Of a stretch of DNA of 64,000 bases, positions 49,130 through 63,011 are shown piece by piece. Position 1 is the first letter of the stretch. Each line of letters starts with the position of its first letter. The notes under the pieces were generated by a model, which saw only the letters and a list, made by a program, of their open reading frames with translations, was not told where the DNA came from and searched no databases. A program made the translations under genes and the position numbers. Origin of the DNA: Sphaerodactylus townsendi (lineage: Eukaryota); assembly GCF_021028975.2 (NCBI RefSeq), contig NC_059425.1:84878001-84942000 (forward strand). Reading direction: 5' to 3'.

Positions 49130-50130
49130 GTTTTATTTATTAAAACACTTATACCCAACCTTTTTCTTGGTTCAAGGTGACTTGCAATAATAGTTAAAGC
49201 ATCCCCGTAAAGATAAAATAGCAAGCCCCAAATTCCTACCTCTTAAAAGATGCCTGCCATTTAAATACCCCCAAAACAAGTAGATAAGCATTGCTGTGCT
49301 TTTTGAAGATCTCTAGGGAGGGGCCCCCCTCACCTATTCAGGGAGTCCATGCTCTGGTTGATGCCAGAAGGGCCACCCTAAGTGGTGGGATGGCCAACAA
49401 ATGACTGTCTGATGGCTGTAACTGATGCACAGGGGCATATGGAAGGAGACCGTCCAGATATGTCGATCCAGAGTTGTGAAAGGCTTCAAAGGTCATAACC
49501 AGTGTTTTGAATTGAACTCAAAAACAGACTGGCAGCAAATGTAGCTGTTTCAAAATGGGTAACATAAGTTTCTGGTGGCTAGACCCTGACAGCAGTTACG
49601 CGGCTGCACTAAGGATCAGTTGTAGTTTCTGGTTTGTTTTCAGGGGAAGCCCCCCACAGAGCCTGTTGCAATCATTCAGCCATGATATTACAGAAGCAGG
49701 GATCAGCATGGGCAGATCAGCTGAGTCACGGTAACTAGAAAGTTGGTGAATCAGATTCAACTGAAAAATGTTCCTGGCCACCATGCCAGTCTGTTTTTCA
49801 AAGTGCAAGGTAGGGTTCATGAGTACCTCCAAGCTCTTACCATGCTGTGAAAAAACCAACATCATTCCTTCTAGAACAAATGGATTCCAACTCTCTAGAA
49901 TATCAGCTTTCCAAACTGACATTATCTCTATCTTGTTTGGATTCATCTTCAGTTAGTTCTGCCTTATCCACTTGATCACAGTCTCAGAGCCTCAGCAAGA
50001 CAGATGCATCTGGAGACTTGAACAGTGAAATATAGAGCTGGGTGTCATCTGTGTATTGATGGTACTCACATCTAAAACTCCAGGCAATCTCATTCCAGGG
50101 TCTCTTAGATATATTAAAGGGCTGATATGG
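49130..50130 (-). mobile_element. L2-type LINE 3' part
   Basis: Minus-strand QYTDDTQLY (RT motif), LKMNPNKIE and KLQLILSAAA; aataaa-type tail. Confidence 0.8.
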
Positions 50131-51371
50131 TACAATGAGCTAGTGTGGTGTAGTGGTTAGAGTGTTGAATAGGAACTGAGATGAGTGGATTTGAATTCCT
50201 TACTGAACCTCTCAGTGCCTGATGAAGTTTTCTAACATAAAATCAGAATCACTGTTCCTATAGTTAGTGCTGTGTAACACTGATTAAACAGAATAAAAAA
50301 TGCCTTGGAAATTATGTCAATATCCTAACTGTTTTTGTGAATGGCCCGTAGCTGAAACAGAGATAGTAGAATTGATCTGTTCATATCCCATTTCTGTTAG
50401 TGGGTGTCTTCAGTTAATGAAGAGATAAGAGGATGACAGAAAGATCTGTTTAGAAATGGGTTCTTAACATGTTCATAATTAATAAAAACGTGGCAATACA
50501 GTTTAGCTATAAGCTATATTATTAGGTTATTATATATAAGTTTAGACTTCTAGCTTGTTACTAGGAATGTTTACAAAGGCTTTCCATACTACTTTGTTGG
50601 TATAACTCGCTCGGGGTATTAAAAAAATGGAATGAGAGACTGTGACTGCTTTAAATCCACTTTTCCAAGAAGAGGGTAACATAGACAGGGGCCATGTAGT
50701 CGCCAGAGAACATACTAGGAGAACATTAGTACCTGGGTAGTCTCAAAAAAACTGGAAAAATTGTTTCAGACTGCTAAGAAAAGTCCAGTTTCTGTGCTGG
50801 TATGTTTGAATATCTACCTAAGTGAAGAAGAAAGATATAATGACATAAGTGTTTACTCATTGTCTCATACTTGTGCTTTTCTGTATTGCAAGACTCGGAC
50901 TCAAACCCATCATGGTAAATTGTCATGTAATATCTAGATAATTGATAGGAAGAGATGCATTTCTTAGGCAGAGCGAGAAACATGTATAAGAAATAAGGGG
51001 TTTTGATCCCTCACTTTTATTCTTCTGACACTGTGTTGCTTCACCATGAAGTATTTTCAAATAGTTTAAAATGGCCTTATGTCATCAACACCAGTGGACC
51101 GCTGACATAGGATCCAGCCTATTATCATCAGGGCTTAATGAAAGATTTTATATCAAAAGATATTTGGCATTGATGTCTTCTCCCACTTAAGTTACTTCCT
51201 TTCTTTATGTCTAAGAATTATACTTAGAGTTTACATTTCTGTACAAATATATAAATTAAGTGCAGAAATAAATAATTGGAAATGCTTTTCAGGAAAATAA
51301 ATAATAGCTTACTCATACAAATGTATTGAAAGCATGCAGTTCTCAGAAAGTTGTAGACCACTGATATTTGA

Positions 51372-52640
51372 CAGCAGAGGCGGAGCTTCCACGGGGACAT
51401 CTGGGGACAAATGCCCCAGGTGGCTGCTGTTCAGTCACATGGGGGAGCAGAAAACTGCCCCCGCACCCCTCCTCCTCCTGGCGGCCCTCTTCGGCTTGGC
51501 GTGCTTGACACAGCCCGGCTTGGCATTAGGTGGCAAGCCAGCAGGGAAAGAGGTATAGCTCAGCTCACCCCACCCCAGCCAGGCCCTGCTCTCTGCCCGC
51601 CACCCCTGCCGCCACCTAGAAAGCCCCGTGCTGTGTCCTGCCAGATAAGCCCTCCCCACCTTCCTCCCCACCTTCCCAGGCCCCCCCCCACTCCCAGCAA
51701 GCCCGCGGGCCCTTCCCTGCCTCCCACCAACCCCCACGAGGCAGCCTAACCTACAGCTTCCCACCTCCCCCCACCCAAGCCTTTTTCTAACCTTCCCCCA
51801 CCCCTACCCTCACTTTGCCTCCCTTCCCCACTCCAATACTAACTCCCAACCCTCCCAACCCTCATACTCACCTACCAACCTCCAGCCATTTTCCACCCTC
51901 CCTACCCCAATCCTAATCTTTCTCCCCTCCCCCCACTACTAGTCACACCTTCCAATCCTCCCCACCCTAAGCCTTGCCTTCTAATGCTCCCCGCCCCAAG
52001 CCTCAACTTGCCAACCCTCCCACCCCCAGCCCTCACCTTGCCATTCTTTCCCACGCCAATACTAACCTGCCAACACTCCCCACTTTCATACTCACCTAAC
52101 AACCCTCCCTTAGCTATACCTTCTAACCCTCCCACCACCCAAAGCCTTACCTTTTAACCCACCCCAACCCTCACCTTGTCACCCTGCCCCCCCAACACTA
52201 ACCTGCTTACCCTACCCACCCTCATGCTCTCCTACAACCATCCCCACACCTTCCACCCCACCACCCTAAGTCTTACTTTTCAACCCTCCCCATGCCTCAC
52301 CTTGCCCCACCAGAACTCTCACCTTTCTGACATCCACCACCTGAACTCTCCAATTTCACCCTTTCCCAATCTGCCACCTCAAGCCTGCCCGTTCAACCTT
52401 CCCACCACCCCAAGCCACTCTGTTCTGTACTCCCCCACTCCAGCCCTCACTTTGCCATCCTCTCCCCACCCCACTCCTCTCCATCCTGCACCTATCCTCA
52501 CCTTCCTACATCAAGCCGCACTCTTCTACCTGTCCCACCCCTGAGCCACAGATGCACATCCAGGTAAGTGTCCCACCTTGAGCAAGGACGGCGTGGGGGC
52601 TGCTCCAGCCCCACTAAAGCCCATTGCTGGGAAAGTCCTT
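51372..52640. mobile_element. Non-autonomous element with a ~1 kb C-rich low-complexity interior
   Basis: Its start is the reverse complement of the terminus at 12040-12128. The interior has degenerate ccctcacc/ctaacc repeats. Confidence 0.5.
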
Positions 52641-52961
52641 CCTCTTCTACCCTTTTCTAGGGCCCATTGCATCTCCCCAGCAATGGGCTTTGCTGTTAGT
52701 AGATTGGTTGGTTGTCCATTAACAGCAGTGAAGAACAAACTGTGGAAGAGCTGACGTAAAACTGAACACAAAGTCTTTTTCAAATTTAATATTGGAGTAG
52801 ATTTTATGTATACAGTAATCTCTTACTATTACCTAGCATTTGCAGTATGTATCTACCTAATACTGTGAGCGTCTCTTAAAAGAAGATTGTGTTTACAATT
52901 AATTGAACAGGAGTATTGAAGTAGTTTTAGTCCAATTAGTGCTTTTGAAAACAAGATTATT

Positions 52962-53090
52962 TTCGAAGTCTTTCATGGCTGGATTCAACTGGTTCTGGTG
53001 GGTTTTCCGGGCTGTGTGGCCTTGGTCTGGTGGATTTTCACCAGAAATCCACCAGACCACGGCCACACAGCCCGGAAAACCCACCAGAAC
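52962..53090. repeat. Penelope-derived fold-back insertion
   Basis: A ~46 bp stem with 1 mismatch and a 7 nt loop, flanked by the direct repeat aacaagattattt. Confidence 0.85.
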
Positions 53091-54234
53091 AAGATTATTT
53101 AGATTCAGGAGATCAGTGGTCAGTCATCTTTTGAGATTATATAAATGAATTATTCAAATAGTAGCCAGTTTTGCTTGTCAGTGCTTTGATGCAAGAAATA
53201 CATTGCATGCTCTTATTGGCTTAGTATGTTTAAACACATCGTAATGATGTTGCATGCAGTAATGTGACAGTAACTAGAGTATGCTGCTTACTGTATGCGA
53301 GTTTCCCTATTCAAGTCTGCCTGAGATTAGTGCTGGGACTGGCACCTCTGAAACTGCATGAAGGGTGTGGTAGGTGGGAGAGGACATCGTTTGCATACAG
53401 AAGAGCCCAAATCAATGTTTGGCATCTCCAGTTAAAGGGTTTCAGAAAGCCATTATAAGAAACATCTCTGCTGGTAACTTTGGCAGGCTGCTGCCAGTTA
53501 GAACATACAGTACAGGGCTTAATAGGCCAGTGGTCTGCCGCCACATAAACTTTACATATTCATGCTCCTGGGGGGAATTTATGTCCATAGACAATAAGGT
53601 AGAGTACATAGTGTGCAGATGCTATATGGAGCATTGACTCCAGGCTTTGCTGAGGGATTGTTTGTTTTTTGTCATCATTTGTTGCTAATTGTGAAGGTTT
53701 CTTCTTGTCCTGTTATATAAGTCTTGGAGAAGAAGATGGGGTATCTTGATGGCACATGGGCTGTTCTCCTTTTGCAGCCTCTCTGTGTGTGGCTCATAAT
53801 TAGTCCTGGGTTGAGTGTAATCCTATCTTATATAACCTGTTCATTTGGGGGAAGGCACTTTTTATTGAACTGTGCATTGGGCATAAGATGTGTGTTTAAT
53901 CATTACTTATTTTTGGAGTGCAGCACTGCATCAACACAGTGAGTCTGAAAAATAATCAGTCCCTTGCACCTTCTCAACCTCTTTGAGTTGTCTTCAAGTT
54001 CTTTCATTGTACAGTTCAGCTTGCCTTGCACATTGTATTTCTGTGTAGAAATAATCTCTGTGTCTTTTTTGTATTTTGCCAACATGGTAGTTACAGGTGT
54101 AAAGCTGGTGCAAGATGCTTGCTCAAGTGAAATAAATAAATAAATATAGCCCCAGCTTCTGTCAAGTTAGGGGAATGTCCAAGAGAATCCATTCTCTGGC
54201 CTATTGATGTTTTAGTGCGTATGTGTCAGATAGG

Positions 54235-56750
54235 TCATTCCATCCTTCTCCTGGATGTGGAGGACATCTTTCTGGGTGTTTCTTGCCTATGCTCAGGGAA
54301 GCAGGGAAAAGAATTCACCACTTCCTGTAGATGCTCTAGACTCCATTTTGCCAGCATTTTTCCTGCCTCTACAGGGAGTGCACAGATTCTTTGACTCCTT
54401 CAGCAGCTTTGCCTAGCCTTTTACCTTTTTCTACTTCTCTTTTCCCCTTCTGAACCCCTTTATCTCTCCTGTCCTTCCAAATTTCTGGGGAGAACAGAGT
54501 AGGTTAGGATTGAGCTTAGAGGGGATTTAAACAATGATTCTTTGTTTTCCTGCCTAAACGGGAGACAAAATGGCTGCTAGACAATTCTCTCCAGTGAGAG
54601 AAATCTTCACAATTTCGGCCGCAAAGGCTACACGAACCGCGAGGAGCAAGAGCCCCTCTGCCCCAGTGGTCACTGCAGATCCGGAGCAGGGAAGCTCCTC
54701 AATGCTGCTGGCCAAGCCCTCATCACAGGAGGCGACGGGGTAGGCGACAGCCCACGGAGCGCTTCCCAGGAAGTGTAAAAACAAGCACAATCACTAAGAA
54801 CCGCCGTGGCAGGCGGCAAGAAGAAGAAAAAGCGCCCACCCCCCCTGCCGCGACCAGCATTCCAAAACAAGCAGCGCAGCCTGAGGCAGCAAGGAACCTC
54901 TTCTCAACAGGGACCCTGGAGACGGGCAAGAGCATTCCAGGAGTGCAGTGGAGAGGAAAAACGCGGGGCTGGGGGGGCTCATCAAATGTCCTCAGCCCCT
55001 TTGACTGGAGCTCCCTCCCACCTGCAGACTTTGTGGAATTTCTTAACAGGTCCATTTCCAGTCAAATGAGGAAATTTCAACAGGGCAGGGAGGCCAGGGC
55101 TACTGGCTATTCTCCTCCCTTGCAAAATCAATGCTCCAGTGATTGCTGCATGAGGGAAGCCAAGGCTATTGGCAATTCTCCTCCCTTTGATAATCAATCC
55201 TTAGGATACCATCTGGGTAGGAAGGCCAGGGCTAATGGCCATTCTCCTCCCCCAACAAGACATATTGAAAGGTCACAACAAAGTAGGGGAGCCATATGTT
55301 TCATCCGAGAGGGAGGCCAGGGCTACTGGCCATCCTCCTCTCAGGTCTTCTCGGCACCAGGCCATTCAGGAGCTTGCCACAACATTTCCAACGGTGGAGG
55401 GAAATAGCGGAGAGGAGGATGAGGACTTGCCAGATGAAGATCATTTTTCTGGCAATGAAGAACCTCTGCTAAGCCCCTCAGACCACTCTTACAGATGTTT
55501 CAGTCAGGAAGATCTCCCCTTTCTCATTAGTAAAATGGTCTTTGCTCTAGAATTACAGGGTCTGACCTGCCAATTCTCACTCAAAATCACTGGTGGCTGG
55601 CTACTCCTTCCAAGGGGGTAAGCTGTTTGTCAAGGACCTTGATCAACTTTTAGTGGAAACTAAAGATAAAAGGAAGGCACTCCCATGCGTGATCAGGGAA
55701 CCAAATAGACAATGGTCCTGGAACTCCTTTCGTTCCCAGAGGTACTTCTCCAGACAACCCAGAGAATCCTTTTGGAGGAGAGGTGGCTTCAGATGAGGCT
55801 TTCGCTCCCAGACCAGATTCAACAAGGCCCCAAGACAGGACACTACTTCCCGATCTTGAAACCCCCTGTCATACCAGTTGATGGCTGCTGCCTCCATTAT
55901 CAAGAACACTTGGAGGGCGAACATGTCGACCTTTGGTTCAAGGAGGTAGTAACTCAAGGATATGCTCTCGAGTTCCTGCGACTACCTCCCCCATGTTTCG
56001 TACCGTCTCCAATCACCCCCAGGGACCCATTCAAAGCTTCCAGGACAGTGGCAGCAATTCAATACCTGCTGTCCATCAAAGCCATAGAGACAGTTCCACC
56101 ATCAGAAACATTATCTGGCCACTATCACCATTTTCTTCATAGTCCCCAAGAAGAACGGGGACTGGAGGGCCATTCTGAACCTGCGGACTGTGAACAAATA
56201 TCTGAAGCTCTGCAGATTCAAGATGGAATCCCTGCGTACTATCACAGTCACTTCAACTGGTGTCCCTGCATCTCCAAGAGGCATATCTACGTGTCCCTAT
56301 TTTACCCAAACACAGACAATTCCTCTGGTTCTCAACCGGGAAAGAACACTTCCAGTTTCAGGCTCTACCATTTGGCCTGATGACTGCACCCGGGTTTTTT
56401 TTGGCATTCATCTGTCAACAAGGGATACATATTTATCCTACATAGACGATATTCTTATCCAGTCCCATTCCAGGTCATCAACAGCCCAGGATCTAGCAAC
56501 CTTCATGCAGGTGCTTCAGAATCACGGGTTTTTGGTCAACAAAACCAAGAGTACCCTGGTTCCTTCACAAATTATGCAACACCTGGGGGCCATTCTGGAC
56601 ACAATGCGGAACACCTTGTTCCGCATACATGACAGGATACAGAAGATACAGAGCATGGCACTAGTAGTCATCTGGGCCAGAAGTTCTTCCCTGATGCTCC
56701 TCAGCAGGCTAATGGTGTTGCACCAATGAAAATTGTGTTGCACCAATGAA
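54235..56750 (+). mobile_element. 5' half of a decayed DIRS element related to the one at 555
   Basis: gag start MAARQFSPVREIF. pol remnants DPFKASRTVAAIQYLLSIKAIETVP (compare DPAKANRTLEAVSHLTKIQAIEPVP), YIDDILI and HLGAILDT. Confidence 0.88.
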
Positions 56751-56989
56751 TTGCCCCATATGAAGTTTATTTTATTTATAGTTTACCTTTCTTACTGAGG
56801 CATAAGCGGATCACAAAATAGAAGAACAATGCAAACAGCATGAGAGATCCAATAAACAGAGCAGTAGGACTAGGACTAAAAAATTAGAAAACAATGCAAA
56901 CAAACAACAGTCTGAGGCATGACATGCATATCAAACAAATGCTGAACAACCATTTCAGAGGTAAAAGACAATGCAGTAGGGATCCAAGA

Positions 56990-58060
56990 AGTCAATGTGG
57001 GTGAACAGAGAACTCTGTGATGAGCTAAGGAAGAGAAATAAAAAGTTCAAGAAGTGGAGGAAAAGATATACCCTCTCATACCCTTAGCTCATCACAAAGA
57101 AGAGTATCTGGAGAAAGACTTTTTCAATATATGAGGAGCAAATGTGGGGTAAAAAGAATTAATAGGCACATTATTACGTGAAAATGGAGAAACTCTGACC
57201 TAGGTCAGAGAGAAAGAAGAAAGGCTCAGTGCCTATTTTGCCTCGCTTTTTTCCCCTGAAGAAGAGAACAGGTTCATCTAGAGATGGTAGTATGCAATGC
57301 ACAATCTCTGGACTGCAGGTTGACATGGATGGAGAGGTTGTTGAGAGCACCTGGCTGCCCTGGGTGAATACAGATCCCTGGGCCAGATGATGTGCATCAG
57401 AAAGGGCTCAGAGAACTTTCCAGAAATCTTGCAGATCCTTTGTCCATCACTGGGGACAAATCTGAGCTGATTTCCCTGGATCACCAAGTTGTCCTTCAGA
57501 TGCTTGTGGAGTGACCCCCGTTAAATCTGTTCCATTATTTCCGGGGACATTGACCAGAACACACCTGGAGTACTATGTGCTGTTCTAGAGGCCTCACTTC
57601 AGAAAGGATGCAGACAGAATGGAGCAGATGGAGGAGAGAGCAATAGGGACCTGAAGACAAACCCCATGGGGAAAGGCTGAGGGGAATGTTTAGTCTTGAA
57701 AAGAGGAGGTAAGGGGGGGAGCATGATTGCTCTCTTGATGTGTTTGAAAGGCTGTCACTTAGAGAATGTCATCTGTTCCTGTTGGCAGCTGAGAATAGGA
57801 TTCACAATACTGGGTATAAATTATGAGAAGAGTTTCTGGCTGATGTTAGGAATTTTTTTACAATGTGGGTGAACAGAGTTGTTCAGCAGTGGAATTGGCT
57901 TCTTAGGGAGGTGGTGACACACACATACCCCACCCCCACACTCTGGTAGTCTTCCATCAGAGGTTAGACAAATGCTTGCCTGGGATGCTTTAGGCTGATT
58001 TTTTGTTGAACCGGGAGTTCTGGATGTCTTGTATGCCTCCATCCACCTTTATGATTCTAC
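56990..58060 (+). mobile_element. Decayed CR1 LINE fragments
   Basis: Remnants such as RPHFRKDADRMEQ and MFSLEKRR; ends in tatgattct. Confidence 0.65.
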
Positions 58061-59817
58061 AACTCTAAGCAAGATGATAATATGTTAAACAGTACTACTG
58101 TTCACTTATAAAAATGCCTTCCTAAACCATTCTATTATATTACAGCCCTATTTCCTTTTTCAAAATGCCTTCTTGGTCACTCCTCTGTTGCACATTCTGC
58201 AGAATGATACAAGTGTGGAAGCTCTTCAGGCAGTCTACCATCAAGTGGGAGCCACAACAGAGAATGCATGTATCTGGGCACCTACCAGTGAGAACCCATT
58301 TGCAGGGATCTTCGGAAGCTTTAGTCATATGAGTGAAAATATCACACAGATAGGTGGTCCTGCAGATATGTAGAGTATTGCCAGATAGGTGGTCCTGCAG
58401 ATATGGATCCAAGGACCTGAAAGGTTCTGTAGGTGATAGTCAATGCCTTGAATGGAATCTATTAACTGATTAGTAACAAGTGGAATGACTGCAGAATAGA
58501 TTTGATATGCATGTTGTGCCTTACTCCTGATAGTGAATGCGCTTCAGCATTGTATATCAATTGGAGTTTCCAAGTGGACTGCAAGAGTGGACCTATGTAC
58601 TATACATTACAATAGTCTAGCCTTGCGAGTTTTGTGTTAATTTTATTTGAAACATTTCTATAGGGTCCTCAAGAAGATTCATGTCAAAACATTTAAATAG
58701 TAAAACCATGGTTAAATCAAGTATATATTAAAGTATGCGTAAAATAAACAATACAATAAAAACACAAAAACACATAACGTAATAAGGGAGCAAGTCCAAC
58801 AATATTTACCTAAAGGTATGCCAAATAAAATAAAAAAGTTTTCATCCACTGATGTAAGAGAGTGATGGGGAGAACAGACGAATTTCCCTGGGGAATGGTG
58901 TTCCAAAGTTTCAGCACAATAAGTAAGGCAGCACTTTCTTGAGTTGCCACCCATCCAGCCTCAGTGATGGGGGGCCCTGTAGCCGCAAAAGGTCAGCTGC
59001 TGTCAGTCATGTAACCAAGCACTTCTGGGTTTGGTCAGTAAACTTACACTTAAAAAAAATGCAAAATAGAGCTGTGAGCACATCTTCTGCTGGCCACCCC
59101 TGCAGGGTAGGCCACCGTTGCCTCTTAGGAGCTCAGCTACCCTTTTGGAACAAGCAAGATGCAACTCTGGCTTCCATTAATAAGTTCTTTACTTTTGTCA
59201 GGTAGTTAACAGCACTCCTGTAAGCTTGAGCCCTTGTATCACACCAGCCAACCTCCTACTTCCTCTGACTCCCTTTTATCCCTTTCAGCATGTTTCCTCC
59301 CTCCTGGGAGCTCCCTTCTCCAACCTCCTAGTGGCTGGCGAACTGTCTGTCATGCTCTGCTGGCCTGGGACTGGCTTTTCAGCTTTCCTGGCCCTTTTCA
59401 GTGATTCCAGCCTGGTTGGGTCTGTGCCACCCCTGCCCCATTCTCCAAGGCTGCAGTGGGCTGCTGAGTACCACTTGGCTAGGGCTGTTCTAATCCCACC
59501 CACCTTTCCTTGGAACTGCTGAGGCTTGCTGTTGCTGCTCAGGCCCTCCTGTCATTTCCCTTCTGTTTCTCCTAGCTACTGGCTTTCTGGAGGTCCCTGC
59601 TTCTGCTGGTAAGTCCAAGGGCAGGGCTGCCAGTTGTGGGGTGCTTCAGAGTCCCTTAGTGGGTGTCTGTGCAAGGAAAGAGGTAAGACAGACTGCCTGG
59701 TGCTGGGAGGCAGTCCCATCCCTGGACAAGAACTTCATTGAGAAAATGAGAGTGATGTTTAAAATCAAACAATTACAGCTTGACAATAACAGGTGCACAG
59801 AAAATAACACAAGTAAC

Positions 59818-59918
59818 AACTACATACTCAGTGACGTCCTATATAGCACAGTTGTTCCTGAAGCTGAAAAACTACATACTCAGTGACGTCCTATATAGCA
59901 CAGTTGTTCCTGAAGCTG
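59818..59918. repeat. Perfect 49-bp tandem duplication
   Basis: aactacatactcagtgacgtcctatatagcacagttgttcctgaagctg occurs twice. Confidence 0.9.
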
Positions 59919-61348
59919 CAGGTTGCAAAGGCTTCCTTACCCAACAGTTCTCTCTTTTTTAATTTTAATTTTAATTAAATTAAGCAAAGTTCTCTCTGGC
60001 AGCAACAAGGGGGGGGGGGTCAAAAGGGAATGGTTTAGCTGTTACATGATGACTCTTTATAAAAAATGCTGGTCATAATTTGGGACCCATTTCAACCAAT
60101 CCTGGTACTGCCCTCACCAAATTTTCCAGGACTGGAGCAAATTGCCCCCTCCCAAATGGAATGAGCAGTTCACCCCCAACTGGAAATTTCTCAGTTGCAG
60201 CAAATGTTCTAACTAGGATCAGCCTGGTACTTGTCTTTGAAAATAAGCAGTAACCACCCCCCCCCCCAAAAAAAAAAAACAAAACACTGCACCTGGCTGG
60301 GCTTGCTGTTAGCTGAAACTGGAAAATTCTCTTGAGTTGAATGTTTTTTGACTGGCCTCCAAAGATGATGGAAATGGATGGGTAGATACATATGGGAGAA
60401 GATGGTCCTTCCTACTGCCTTATGGTCCTCAAGCACCCAGACCCCGCCCATGTCGGTGACACATGGATGGGGTCGAGGCACGTGAAAACGACGAGGCAGC
60501 AGGACTTCCTGGTCACATGGGGGTCGATTTTGTGCCCCCCACGTGACCAGAAGAGTGGCACCCGGGGGTCCCTAGGTAGATACGCCACTGCTGCTTAGTT
60601 ACATCTAAACTGCACAGATGCAGTGGGATTTTCTGGTACCACAAGATAAGGTACTCATAACAGTTTGGGGTTGTTTTTTTTCTCCTTTTTGGCCATTTCA
60701 GCTTCTTGGTTTTTCAACAGAGAAACTGTTCTACCTAGTGCATTATAACAATTATTTTTCTATTCTTCCATTGTGATGTCATCCATTTGTATTCTACAAA
60801 CTCACATTCTAGCTGAATGTACTATAACGTGAAGTCATTTTGAAAGAAAAGTACAGCTATTAACATACCCTTAAATATATCAAAAACGTATGAAAGTACC
60901 ATACCCCACATCTGATATCCCCCTCAGCTATCTGTATGAGTAAAAATGTTACATTTATTTTTTAAAAATTAACATTATTGGAAGTTTAAATTGAATTTCA
61001 TCTCCAATTAGTATAATGAATAGAACTGATAAATAAATGATAGCTATTAAAAATCAAAGTAGGCAAATAAGTGCATATTTTCTTGCTCATATAACTCTTA
61101 TAACCTGCACATTTTGCTCATATAACCTACACGTTTTGGGCTGCTCTGTCATGAATTTCCTCAATTGACCCTTTTGTTTACTGCTGTGTATAGTAGAGTT
61201 AGTTTTGACTTCCTTGTGTGAAGTGTTTAATAGCAATTATGGTTACTTAAATCTTCTGTTTTGTGTTTGGTTAACTGTCTTGCATGATTTTTAGTATCTC
61301 TCTGATCTGCGGGCATTCAAAATAAACAGGAATAACAACCATAATATA

Positions 61349-61570
61349 TTGTCGAAGGCTTTCATGGCCAGACTCAACTGGTCATTGTGGGCTTTCTGGG
61401 CTATATGGCCGTGGTCTGGTAGATCTTGTTCCTAATGTTTTGCCTGCATTTGTGGCTGGCATCTTCAGAGGTGTATCACAGAGAGAAGTGTGTTCACAGA
61501 TGCAGGCAAAACATTAGGAACAAGATCTACCAGACCACGACCACACAGCCCAGAAATCCCACAACAACCA
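61349..61570. mobile_element. Penelope-like remnant in inverted arrangement with degenerate hammerhead halves
   Basis: gtggctggcatcttcagagg, followed by an inverted partial copy cacagatgcaggcaaaacattaggaac. Confidence 0.7.
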
Positions 61571-62299
61571 ACTATAATATAATGTACAAGTTACCTTTCT
61601 GATTGAGCCAGATGAAGGTTTGTTAGTTAAGAATGATGGTTAATTGGCCTTGCTGTACAACTCCCTTGGGCATAATGGTTAACTGTAGTTGTAGGCTGTG
61701 GTCTCTGTCATGGCTCTATGATTGGTGCGATGGGTCTTGTTTAAAGGAGGTGGCCGGATTCATGATTTTTGTTTGTCAGTGTTTTAGATTAGAGATCTCT
61801 GCCTCTTGGCTCTGGTTTTTAATGCTATTTGTTGTTTTTAATGTTGTACATGCGAACATATTTCCTACGTTAAATTTTTCCTAATAACGTTGCAGGCAAC
61901 CTCACAGACAAGGAGGAGCTTGTTAAGATTGTATTTGTTTGCCTATTACAATCGAAGTTACTAGATCACCTTATATAGCTGGCCCATTAGATTACAAGAA
62001 GACCCTTATGAAGAATGTTGAGTACAGTTTGAGTTGTCTGCTGTGGATTTTTTTGTTTGCAGTTTCCTATTTTTCCCAGTGGAAATAAAGTTTGAATCCA
62101 ACCCAGAATTACTAAGCATCTAAAGAACAATTTCTGCTTAGAAGAATGAGTATGGTTACTGTAAAGAGAAGTCTCGCCTCTCCAATCTGTGTAAATTATT
62201 TGAGTGTTCAAAGTAATCTGGCAGGTACTATATAGGCTGTCAATCAATGAAGCAGATGGCTATTAGATTACTTCTTCATACAACCAATGATTAACATGT

Positions 62300-62590
62300 A
62301 AAAGTCATTACTATAGGCTGTAGCGATAGCCATTAAGTTAGATGACTTTGAGAGGGGATTAGACTAAGTCTTGATGGATAAGTACATCAATGGCTATTAT
62401 TCATGAGTTCTAAGTAGAACCTCTAAGTTCAGAGGCAGTATACCTTAAAATACCAGATGCAAGGAGGCAGCAACAGGTGAAGCTTTGGTCTCTGTGCTTT
62501 TTTAAGGATTTCTGAAGAATCTTGTTTGCTGCAAATGGGTTACAGGATGCTAGACAGGATGGGCTTTAGGTCTGATCCAGCAAGGATCCT
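62300..62590 (+). mobile_element. CR1-type 3' end
   Basis: gaggggattagac...atcaatggctatt...gggctttaggtctgatccagcaagg. Confidence 0.55.
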
Positions 62591-63011
62591 GCAAAGATCT
62601 ACTCATGCCCCACATTTTGTGAGCCACATTTTTTGAGCCTGGAGGCACCTTTGGAATTCTGACATTGATTGCTGGGCACAACAACAAAATGGCTGCCATA
62701 GAAGGTGGAGCCAACCAACTGTAACATGGCTGCTGCATGAGACAGAGCCAACAATATTACTGCCTACTGTGTATTGCCGCCTACTGTGCTTTTCCTGGAT
62801 GCAAACATGGAAGGCAAATTGGTGGAGAGAAAATGACAACATCACCCCTTCTTTGTTTTGTAAGCTGGTTCCCTGGGAAAGCTGGTTCTGACTAAATATC
62901 TAAACCAGTGATCTCCAACATTTTTGAGCCTATGGAAGCCTTTGAAATTCTGTTGGGTAAGGAAGCCTTTGCAACAGAATGGTTGTTGCAAAAGGTGCAG
63001 CCAAGCACTAT

